DNA of 64,000 bases from NCBI GenBank assembly GCA_017547885.1, contig JAFYOP010000004.1, positions 195,287 through 259,286 of the forward strand. The letters run 5' to 3'. The position numbers were made by a program, and so were the translations under genes. This document shows, in pieces, positions 56,457 through 64,000 of the stretch (positions are counted from its first letter, which is position 1; every line of letters starts with the position of its first letter). The notes under the pieces are model-generated. The model saw only the letters and a program-made list of their open reading frames with translations, made no database searches and was not told the origin of the DNA. The stretch comes from Clostridia bacterium. Lineage in GTDB: Bacteria > Bacillota > Clostridia > Christensenellales > CAG-138.

Positions 56457-57755
56457 ATGAAAACATTGCCTGAAAACTTTACCTCCCGCATGAAAACCAT
56501 GCTGGGAGCGCAATACGACGGGTTTATCGCCGAATACGATAAACCTCCTGTGCGTGGCCTCAGAGCCAACCTTTTAAAGGTATCCCCTGATAAACTGAGG
56601 GAGATTTGTCCCTTTGAGCTGGAGAGCGCGGATACCCTTGAGGAGGGCTTTGTGCTGCGATCCCAGGTGCAGAGCATAGGAACTCATCCCTACCACATGG
56701 CGGGGCTTTTCTACATGCAGGAGCCCTCCGCAATGGCGGCAATAGAGGCGGTTGAGGCGGCGCCCGGCATGAAGATCCTTGACCTTTGCGCCGCACCCGG
56801 CGGCAAAAGCGGCGGAATCGCTGCCCGCATGGGGGGAGAGGGGCTGCTGGTATCAAATGAGATAGTGCCAAACAGGGCAAAAACCCTTGCCTTTACCATG
56901 GAGCGGCTGGGAGTATGCAACGCCGTGGTGACCAGCGCCCATCCGGACGCCCTGTGCAGCGCATTGGCCGAATATTTTGACCGCGTGGTGGTGGATGCTC
57001 CATGCAGCGGCGAGGGGATGTTCCGCAAGGATGATACCGCCATTGCCGAGTGGTCGCCGGAGCATGTGACAGCCTGCGCCCAGCGTCAGCAGGCAATACT
57101 TGAAAGCGCATATACCGCCCTTGCCCCCGGCGGCAAGCTGATATACTCCACCTGTACATTCTCTCCTGAGGAAAACGAGGAGACGGTGGAGGCATTGGCA
57201 AAAGCTCATCCTGATATGACCGTGGAGTTTACCCACAGGCTGTATCCGCACACCTGCAAGGGTGAGGGGCATTTTATCGCCCGCCTTGCAAAGGCCGGAG
57301 AGGGCGGAGCGGCTCAGCGGAATATGAAGCTTGAACCCTGCAAGGATAAGGAATACCTTGCCTTTGTAAGGGAAACCTTTGATGAGCCGCCAAAGGGCGA
57401 GGCTTATCGGCTGAAGGACGGGCGAATAATCATGCTGCGCACACCCTTGCCCGAGGGACTTGCAAGCATACGCATGCTCAGCGCAGGCGTATATGTGGGT
57501 GACGTTCAGCGTGGAAGGTTTATTCCTGCCCACAGCCTATTTATGGCGGAGCATGGCGGAAAGTACCGGAACACACTGTCATTGCCGGCGGACAGCCCCG
57601 AGATGGACGCATACCTCAGGGGTAATACCGTGCCTGCCGATACCGATATGAAGGGATATGCCGCTGTGCTGGCGGATGGGTATCCCGTAGGCTTTGGCAA
57701 GGCGGTTGAGGGAACAATGAAAAACCACCTGCCCAAGGGTTTGCGTAAAGTTTGA
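56457..57755 (+). CDS. RsmB/RsmF (NOL1/NOP2/Sun) family rRNA m5C methyltransferase
   Basis: DLCAAPGGKS, DAPCSGEGMFRK and YSTCTF motifs. The N-terminus MKTLPENFTSRM is typical of RsmF-like proteins. Confidence 0.85.
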   Translation: MKTLPENFTSRMKTMLGAQYDGFIAEYDKPPVRGLRANLLKVSPDKLREICPFELESADTLEEGFVLRSQVQSIGTHPYHMAGLFYMQEPSAMAAIEAVEAAPGMKILDLCAAPGGKSGGIAARMGGEGLLVSNEIVPNRAKTLAFTMERLGVCNAVVTSAHPDALCSALAEYFDRVVVDAPCSGEGMFRKDDTAIAEWSPEHVTACAQRQQAILESAYTALAPGGKLIYSTCTFSPEENEETVEALAKAHPDMTVEFTHRLYPHTCKGEGHFIARLAKAGEGGAAQRNMKLEPCKDKEYLAFVRETFDEPPKGEAYRLKDGRIIMLRTPLPEGLASIRMLSAGVYVGDVQRGRFIPAHSLFMAEHGGKYRNTLSLPADSPEMDAYLRGNTVPADTDMKGYAAVLADGYPVGFGKAVEGTMKNHLPKGLRKV

Positions 57756-57847
57756 ATTTACTGCAAACAATGCTTACTGCCCATTGCAGCGGGGTGGATA
57801 AAAGAGTACTTTATTGTTGAAGAAGATATATTTAAGGGAGGAATAAC

Positions 57848-58198
57848 ATGGAGAACAACTATACCCCCAATAACAATACAGATAACCGCACTGCTGTGGA
57901 AAAGTACCGCTACCTTGCGGCGCTGACCTATATCTGTCCCCTGGGTATATTCATCATGCTGCTGCTGGATAAGGACAGCAGCTATATCCGCCACCATGCC
58001 AATCAGGCCATATGCCTTATGCTGTGGTTTGCGCTCAGCGGCATAGTATTCATCGTTCCCATACTGGGCTGGATCGCCGGCGCTGTGGGCGTGGTTGCGG
58101 GCATAGTGTTTACCATTATCGCCATCGTCCGTACCCTCAGGAGGGAGTATTACGAGATACCCTTTATAGGCAAGTATAAGATAATCCCCGAAGCGTAA
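57848..58198 (+). CDS. DUF4870-like small membrane protein
   Basis: LAALTYICPLG...IRHHANQAI pattern and three TM segments. Confidence 0.65.
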   Translation: MENNYTPNNNTDNRTAVEKYRYLAALTYICPLGIFIMLLLDKDSSYIRHHANQAICLMLWFALSGIVFIVPILGWIAGAVGVVAGIVFTIIAIVRTLRREYYEIPFIGKYKIIPEA

Positions 58199-58254
58199 AT
58201 GTGTTTGCAGGCACGGCTTTTATGCTGTGCCTGCCGTAATATTCAGGAGGAAAA

Positions 58255-58482
58255 ATGAACCCCAGAAAAGCATGCGTGCTCAGAGATACCCTCTTTGTCG
58301 TGGGATTTATAATAATGCTGGCAGCTTATATTTATGAACCGTTAATTGTAATCGGTGCCATAGTGATGTTTTCCGGCCTTATTCCGCATTTTCGTTATAA
58401 CCGGTGTCCTCACTGCGGCAAGCAGCTGGGCAGAAATGAAGAAAAGTACTGCCAGCATTGCGGGCAGCCTGTCGATGAATAA
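58255..58482 (+). CDS. Small two-TM protein with C-terminal zinc ribbon
   Basis: CPHCG...CQHCG. AGGAGG precedes the ATG. Confidence 0.5.
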   Translation: MNPRKACVLRDTLFVVGFIIMLAAYIYEPLIVIGAIVMFSGLIPHFRYNRCPHCGKQLGRNEEKYCQHCGQPVDE

Positions 58483-58547
58483 GCAGGGGGCAAATTAGCC
58501 CTGCGGCCACTTGACAAAAAGCGCTTTTTCAAATAAACTACAATTTA

Positions 58548-58788
58548 ATAGGCAAAGACGAAGAGGAGTATGTTTTTCACACCGCATAAGAGAGGCGGCC
58601 CCACCGGCTGAAAGGGCTGCCTGCAAGGAGAAAACAGAAGGTCGCTTCCGAGCCCCCCGGGTGAAGTGCTGTCAGCACGGGGCGCATGCGCTGCGTTATG
58701 GCGAAGAGAGGGGCATATTATGCCCAACAAGGGTGGTACCGCGGGTTCGCTCGTCCTTTGAATGAGGATGCGCGGGCTTTTTTATTGC
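58548..58788 (+). promoter_or_regulatory. T-box riboswitch leader (valine specifier GUC) controlling valS
   Basis: AGAGA box (~58587). GUC at 58641-58643 followed by a purine and the Stem I closing strand. T-box sequence AACAAGGGTGGTACCGCGG (~58726-58745). Terminator ending in GCGCGGGCTTTTTT. TTGACA-17-TAAACT promoter at 58511-58539. Confidence 0.85.
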
Positions 58789-58839
58789 CCGGACAATAAC
58801 TGCAAACAAACTTCAAGGCCAAACCAAGGAGGAACAAAT

Positions 58840-61482
58840 ATGGCAAAAGAAATGCCCAAGACCTATGACCATTCCATAGTGGAAAGCGGTCTGTATGAAA
58901 AGTGGGAAAGTAACGGCTATTTTCACGCCGAGCCCAACCCCGATAAGGATCCCTACTGTATAGTTATCCCCCCGCCAAACATCACCGGCAAGCTGCACAT
59001 GGGCCATGCCCTGGACAATACCTTGCAGGATGCCATCATTCGCTATAAGCGCATGTGCGGCTACGAGACCCTGTGGCTGCCCGGTACAGACCATGCCTCC
59101 ATTGCCACCGAGGTAAAGATCATCACCGAAATGGCTAAGGAAGGCCTGGACAAGCGTGACATCGGCCGTGAAGCGTTCCTTGAGCGCGCATGGGATTGGC
59201 GCAGGGAGTACGGCGGAGCCATCGTTCAGCAGCTTAAGAAGCTGGGTTCCTCCTGCGACTGGGAGCGTGAGCGCTTTACCATGGACGAAGGCTGCAACAA
59301 GGCTGTTACCAAGGTATTTGTGGACCTGTATCACCGCGGACTTATCTATCGCGATGACCGCATTATCAACTGGTGCCCCGAGTGTCAGACTGCACTTTCC
59401 GATGCCGAGGTAGAATACGAGGAGCAGGCCAGCCATCTGTGGCATGTTCGCTATGATGCCCCCGATAAGTCCTATTCCATCATCTGCGCAACCACCCGTC
59501 CCGAAACCATCCCAGGCGATACCGCCATCGCAGTAAACCCCGAGGATGAGCGCTATGCAGACCTTATCGGCAAGACCGTAGTTGTTCCCGTTATCGGCCG
59601 TGAGATACCTATCGTTGCGGATGAATACGTAGAAAAGGAATTCGGCTCCGGCGCAGTTAAGATCACACCCTGCCATGACCCCAATGACTTTGAGGTTGGC
59701 GTTCGTCATAACCTGCCCCGCATAAGGGTATTCACCGATGACGGCCATATCAATGAGCTGGGCGCACCCTATACCGGCCTTACCACCATGGAATGCCGCG
59801 AAGCCATCGTAAAGGATATGCAGGAGAGCGGCAATCTGGTAAAGATCGAAAACTACGCCCACAACGTAGGCGTATGCTATCGCTGCCACCACACCGTTGA
59901 GCCTCTCACCAGCCTCCAGTGGTTTGTAAAGATGAAGCCCCTTGCAGAGGCTGCCATAAAGGTAGTGGAAGAGGGCAAAATCAAGTTCGTACCCGAGCGC
60001 TTTGACAAGACATATTACAACTGGATGTACAACATCCGTGACTGGTGCATTTCCCGTCAGCTGTGGTGGGGCCATCGTATTCCCGCATACTACTGCGAGA
60101 ATGAGGCCTGCGGCCATATTGAGGTAACTCTGGATCATCCCACCGTATGCCCCAAGTGCGGCGCTGCGCTGCATCAGGATGAGGATGTACTGGATACCTG
60201 GTTCAGCTCCGGCATGTGGCCCTTCTCCACCCTGGGCTGGCCTGAAAATACCGAGGAGCTCAAGTACTTCTATCCCACCAATACTCTCGTAACGGGCTAC
60301 GATATAATCTTCTTCTGGATCGCCCGCATGATAGTATTCGGCATGGAAGTAATGAAGGAGATCCCCTTTAATACCGTATACGTACACGGCATAGTCCGCG
60401 ACGAGCTGGGCCGCAAGATGTCCAAGTCTCTGGGCAACGGTATCGATCCCCTTCTCATTATCAGCGAATACGGTGCGGACTCTCTCCGTTTCAGCCTTGT
60501 TACCGGCAACAGCGCAGGCAACGATATGCGCTTCTCCAGCAAAAAGGTAGAGGCCGCCCGCAACTTCTGCAACAAGGTATACAATGCTTCCCGCTTCGTT
60601 CTCATGAACATCGGCGATGAGGCCGTTGGCGATATAGATATGTCCGCACTGGATATCGCTGATAAGTGGATACTCCACAGGCTGAATACCATCGCTAAGG
60701 AAGTATCCCAGAACATGGACAACTTCGACCTGAACGTTGCCTGCCAGAAGGTATATGACTTTATCTGGACAGAGTTCTGCGATTGGTACATCGAAATGGC
60801 AAAGCCCCGCCTCTATGGCGAGGACGAGTCCGCCAAGGCAAACGTAAAGGCGATCCTTGTTCGCGTTCTTGGCGATTCCATGAAGCTGCTGCATCCCTTC
60901 ATGCCCTTCATCACCGAGGAACTGTACCTTAACCTCCCCGGCGCAGAGGAGACCATCATGCGCTCTGCATGGCCCAAGTACACCGAGGCCTTTGAGTTTG
61001 CCGCAGAAGCCGAAAAGATGGAAGGCATAATGGATGTTATCCGCGCCATACGCAATATGCGCGCCGAAATGAACGTTCCCCCCGCCAAGAAGACTGCCAT
61101 GTACGTGGTGACTGAGGCTGCAAACGTATCCTACTTTGAGGCTGCGTCCGCATATCTGATGAAGCTGGCAGGCGCCGAGAGCGTTGTGGTTCAGCAGGAT
61201 AAGCAGGGCATCCCCGAGGGCGCCGTAAGCGTAGTGTGCGCCATGGGTGAGGCATTTGTGCCCATGAATCAGCTTATCGACGTGGATAAGGAAATCGAGC
61301 GCGTTACCAAGGAGATCGCCCGCATGGAAGGCGAGATCGCCCGGGCCGAAGGCAAGCTGAATAATCCCGGCTTTGTTGCCAAGGCTCCCGAAAAGGTAAT
61401 AAACGAGGAGCGGGAAAAGCTGGCGGTTGCCAGGGACATGATGGCAAAGCTTCAGCAGAGGCTGGCCGACCTTAAGAAGTAA
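58840..61482 (+). CDS. valS: Valine--tRNA ligase
   Basis: PPPNITGKLHMGH (HIGH) and KMSKSLGN (KMSKS) motifs plus a C-terminal coiled coil. AAGGAGG precedes ATG 58840. Confidence 0.97.
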   Translation: MAKEMPKTYDHSIVESGLYEKWESNGYFHAEPNPDKDPYCIVIPPPNITGKLHMGHALDNTLQDAIIRYKRMCGYETLWLPGTDHASIATEVKIITEMAKEGLDKRDIGREAFLERAWDWRREYGGAIVQQLKKLGSSCDWERERFTMDEGCNKAVTKVFVDLYHRGLIYRDDRIINWCPECQTALSDAEVEYEEQASHLWHVRYDAPDKSYSIICATTRPETIPGDTAIAVNPEDERYADLIGKTVVVPVIGREIPIVADEYVEKEFGSGAVKITPCHDPNDFEVGVRHNLPRIRVFTDDGHINELGAPYTGLTTMECREAIVKDMQESGNLVKIENYAHNVGVCYRCHHTVEPLTSLQWFVKMKPLAEAAIKVVEEGKIKFVPERFDKTYYNWMYNIRDWCISRQLWWGHRIPAYYCENEACGHIEVTLDHPTVCPKCGAALHQDEDVLDTWFSSGMWPFSTLGWPENTEELKYFYPTNTLVTGYDIIFFWIARMIVFGMEVMKEIPFNTVYVHGIVRDELGRKMSKSLGNGIDPLLIISEYGADSLRFSLVTGNSAGNDMRFSSKKVEAARNFCNKVYNASRFVLMNIGDEAVGDIDMSALDIADKWILHRLNTIAKEVSQNMDNFDLNVACQKVYDFIWTEFCDWYIEMAKPRLYGEDESAKANVKAILVRVLGDSMKLLHPFMPFITEELYLNLPGAEETIMRSAWPKYTEAFEFAAEAEKMEGIMDVIRAIRNMRAEMNVPPAKKTAMYVVTEAANVSYFEAASAYLMKLAGAESVVVQQDKQGIPEGAVSVVCAMGEAFVPMNQLIDVDKEIERVTKEIARMEGEIARAEGKLNNPGFVAKAPEKVINEEREKLAVARDMMAKLQQRLADLKK

Positions 61483-61504
61483 AAAGTAAAACCATATAAC
61501 AAAG

Positions 61505-61536
61505 AACAGACGCACCGTATGATGCGTCTGTTTTTG
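61505..61536. terminator. Bidirectional terminator between valS and the Na/Pi cotransporter gene
   Basis: AACAGACGCA...TGCGTCTGTT followed by TTTT. Confidence 0.8.
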
Positions 61537-61550
61537 TGTCAGGTTAAAAG

Positions 61551-63302
61551 CTATACCCTGAGGGCGTACTTTTCCATGTACATCTTGAAGTTGGTATTGA
61601 ATTCTTCCTTGCTGCCGTCCTTTACGTGGCGGAGATATTCGTGTATCTCAAAGTTATTGGAGGCCATGTCCAGTATGCAGGCGGCAATATTGGAACAGTG
61701 GTCAGAGGTGCGTTCAATGCAGGTGAGGATATCGTTGAGCACAAAGCCCACCTCAATGGTGCACTGGCCGTTTTTTAGCCGCATAACGTGCTGCATCTTG
61801 ATGGTTTTCTTAAGATGGTCAATGACCTGCTCAAGGGGTTCAACCAAAGCAGCCGCGGTCATATCCCTGCTGCACATGGAGGAAAGAGTGAGCTCCAGTA
61901 TCTCCTCAAGGGCGTTGTACAGCACTTCTATTTCCTTCTTGCCCTGCTCAGAGAAAGATATGCCCTTGGCGTTCAGCTCTTCTGCGGATTCCACCAGGTT
62001 TACCGCATGGTCGCTTATACGTTCAAAGTCACCGATAAGATGCAGCAGGGTGGAGGCTTCGCGGCTGTCGTCCGCGTTCATGTCTTCTGCGCTGAGCTTC
62101 ACAAGGTAGTCCCCCAGCTTATCTTCGTATTCATCCACCTTGTTTTCCGCGTCGTATATCTTCTGCGCGGCCTTGGAGTCATAATTGCGCAATATGTTAA
62201 GGGCATCCTTAAGGGCGGTGCAGCTTTTGCGAGCCATCTTTGCAGTCAGATCGGTGCAGCGCATTATGGCGGCAGCGGGTGTTGCAAGGAGGCGATCGTC
62301 CAGCATCTGCAGCTCGTCTGCTTGTCCGTCTTCACGAACGGTGGCACAGGCCAGCCGCTCAAGCTGCTTTCCGAAGGGGAACAGCATGGTGGTGCAGATA
62401 AGGTTGAATGCGGTATGAACGGAAGCTATGCCTGCCTGATTGGCGCTTTGCTCCACAAAGGCAAAGTCAAATATAGCGTTGGCAATGGTGAACAGGGTAA
62501 GCAGCACCACGGTACCGATAATATTAAAGTAAAGATGAACCATGGCGGCGCGGCGCGCGCCCTTGGATGTGCCCACAGAGGACAGCAGAGCGGTAACGCA
62601 GGTGCCTATGTTCTGGCCCATTATAATGGGGATTGCGCTGCCAAAGGTCACGCTGCCTGTGGCTGCAAGTGCCTGAAGGATACCTACCGAAGCGGAGGAA
62701 CTTTGTATTATGGCGGTGAGCAGCGCGCCTGCCAGTACGCCGAATATGGGATTGGACAGCATTATGAGTATATTGCCAAACTCGGGTATATCCGCAAGGG
62801 GCTTTACGGCGGCGGACATGGCATCCATGCCGAACATGAGCACGGCAAAGCCCAGCAGCGCTTCACCGGTGTCCTTTTTGCGCACATCCTTAAGGAAAAG
62901 GTGCATTACTGCGCCGATAAGGGCCAGTATGGGGGTAAAGGAGGTGGGCTTGAGCATCTGTATAAACAGGCTGTCGCCGGTAATGCCGGTAAGGCTCAGC
63001 AGCCACGCGGTAACGGTGGTACCGATATTTGCGCCCATTATTACGTTGATGGCCTGGCGCAGTGTCATGATGCCTGAGTTTACAAAGCCCACTACCATAA
63101 CGGTGGTGGCGGAAGAGGACTGTATCACCGCCGTTACTGCAAGGCCCAGCATAAGGCCCTTTATGGGACTGCTGGTGAGGGATGCGAGTATTTTTTTAAG
63201 ACGGCTGCCTGCCCGCTTTTCAAGGGCGTTGCCCATTATGTTCATACCGAACAGGAACAGCGAGAGCCCGCCCACAAGAGACAGGACGTTGAAGATAGTC
63301 AT
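61551..63302 (-). CDS. Na/Pi cotransporter family protein with C-terminal PhoU-like domains
   Basis: LFLFGMNIMGNALEK and QSSSATT repeats. C-terminal helical PhoU-like repeats. ATG at 63302 follows GGAGG. Confidence 0.9.
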   Translation of the reverse strand: MTIFNVLSLVGGLSLFLFGMNIMGNALEKRAGSRLKKILASLTSSPIKGLMLGLAVTAVIQSSSATTVMVVGFVNSGIMTLRQAINVIMGANIGTTVTAWLLSLTGITGDSLFIQMLKPTSFTPILALIGAVMHLFLKDVRKKDTGEALLGFAVLMFGMDAMSAAVKPLADIPEFGNILIMLSNPIFGVLAGALLTAIIQSSSASVGILQALAATGSVTFGSAIPIIMGQNIGTCVTALLSSVGTSKGARRAAMVHLYFNIIGTVVLLTLFTIANAIFDFAFVEQSANQAGIASVHTAFNLICTTMLFPFGKQLERLACATVREDGQADELQMLDDRLLATPAAAIMRCTDLTAKMARKSCTALKDALNILRNYDSKAAQKIYDAENKVDEYEDKLGDYLVKLSAEDMNADDSREASTLLHLIGDFERISDHAVNLVESAEELNAKGISFSEQGKKEIEVLYNALEEILELTLSSMCSRDMTAAALVEPLEQVIDHLKKTIKMQHVMRLKNGQCTIEVGFVLNDILTCIERTSDHCSNIAACILDMASNNFEIHEYLRHVKDGSKEEFNTNFKMYMEKYALRV

Positions 63303-63534
63303 GATATTTAAAACCTCCGAAAAGTGTGATAACCTTGGTTTTAACGCAGAATGCAGGTTGATCCGCATCCTCCCTCATTATAATTCATATCATAAAGGAC
63401 AGGCTGTGTACAATAATTGACTTTGTTTCTGTACGGGAATATAATATGAAAAATAAGATTATTTATACTATTGAAACATGTATAGAGTTTATTCTGGGCA
63501 TATAGGGTATAAAACATCATGTTGCCCGTAAAGT

Positions 63535-63562
63535 TTCGGGTGCGGATGCTCCCGAATTTTTT
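63535..63562 (+). promoter_or_regulatory. Terminator-like hairpin in the mntP leader
   Basis: TTCGGG-TGCGGATGCT-CCCGAA followed by TTTTTT, 20 nt upstream of the mntP ATG. Confidence 0.4.
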
Positions 63563-63581
63563 GTATGAGGATGTATAGCGC

Positions 63582-64000
63582 ATGAGCATAGGTGAACTTT
63601 TTCTTCTGGCGGTGGGACTCTCCATGGATGCCTTTGCGGTGGCCGTGTGCAAGGGCCTTGCAATGGAAAGGATCAGCGTAAAAAACGCAGGCATAGTAGG
63701 TCTGTGGTTTGGCGGCTTTCAGGCACTTATGCCATTGATAGGATATCTGCTGGGATACAGCTTCAGGGATGCCATACAGTCTGTGGATCACTGGATAGCT
63801 TTTGTGCTGCTGGGCCTTATCGGCCTTAATATGATAAAGGAATCAAGGTCCTGTGAAGCCGAGGAAAGCTGCGGCTGTCTCGCCTTCAGGGAGATGTTTA
63901 CCATGGCGGTGGCCACCAGCATTGATGCGCTGGCGGTGGGAATAACCTTTGCCTTCCTTACGGTGGATATCATTCCCGCGGTGAGCCTTATAGGCGTCAC
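63582..64000 (+). CDS. mntP: Manganese efflux pump MntP (partial, runs off the right edge)
   Basis: Not in the ORF track (open-ended). Reads [26 protein letters not shown]...[16 protein letters not shown]...[16 protein letters not shown], typical of MntP/DUF204. Confidence 0.85.
   Translation, partial: MSIGELFLLAVGLSMDAFAVAVCKGLAMERISVKNAGIVGLWFGGFQALMPLIGYLLGYSFRDAIQSVDHWIAFVLLGLIGLNMIKESRSCEAEESCGCLAFREMFTMAVATSIDALAVGITFAFLTVDIIPAVSLIGV

Noticed and set aside
58813-61515. A 900-aa ORF antisense to valS. Similar long antisense ORFs lie at 7255..9219, 12312..13811, 13839..15035, 22507..24033, 30533..32047, 41198..42376, 45454..46836, 48911..50059 and 50044..51723.
   Set aside because: Each lies exactly opposite a gene with unmistakable conserved motifs. 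Their translations are low-complexity (Gly/Ala/Val/His/Leu-rich), with no recognisable domains or ribosome-binding sites. Stop-poor antisense frames are expected from the codon bias of GC-rich coding sequence.

Overview
This is a 64-kb chromosomal window from a moderately GC-rich, spore-forming Firmicute. The Clostridia assignment is inferred from yabP-yabQ-divIC, a Spo0A-type domain, T-box control and AT-rich intergenic regions. I support about 62 protein genes, one tRNA-Glu(CUC), one T-box leader and many rho-independent terminators. No transposase, integrase or CRISPR array is visible.

The dominant theme (about 3.2-21.3 kb) is a tungsten/molybdenum-selenium formate dehydrogenase island:
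- two tandem moeA paralogues, one fused to a periplasmic-binding-protein (PBP)-like domain
- a NuoE/NuoF-like flavin/Fe-S pair
- an fdhA-mobA-fdhD operon
- a MOSC-moaA-moaC-moaB/MOSC operon
- tupABC tungstate uptake

In the fdhA operon the catalytic gene is split in the ORF track by an in-frame TGA. I read this as selenocysteine, supported by a SECIS-like hairpin downstream. The operon continues into two uncharacterised membrane-protein genes.

The rest of the window is housekeeping or accessory: rpmE, rho, sporulation/division genes, an NSS transporter, feoAB, a thr operon, a BMP-type nucleoside ABC system, valS, a Na/Pi cotransporter and mntP.

Observations most worth follow-up:
- Sec recoding of fdhA.
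- An apparently circularly permuted TupA binding protein.
- A hairpin-dense insert between tupA and tupB, bracketed by a duplicated 26-nt palindrome.
- A structured leader with terminator/antiterminator logic ahead of the Moco operon.
- A Q/N/Y-rich, tandemly repeated prion-like insertion in Rho.
- A stand-alone Spo0A DNA-binding domain.
- An unlisted 33-aa MetS-like ORF.
- tRNA-Glu 3'-end duplications.
- An AT-rich islet carrying an orphan GIY-YIG nuclease.

All functional calls come from reading the translated sequence by eye. No database search was run.
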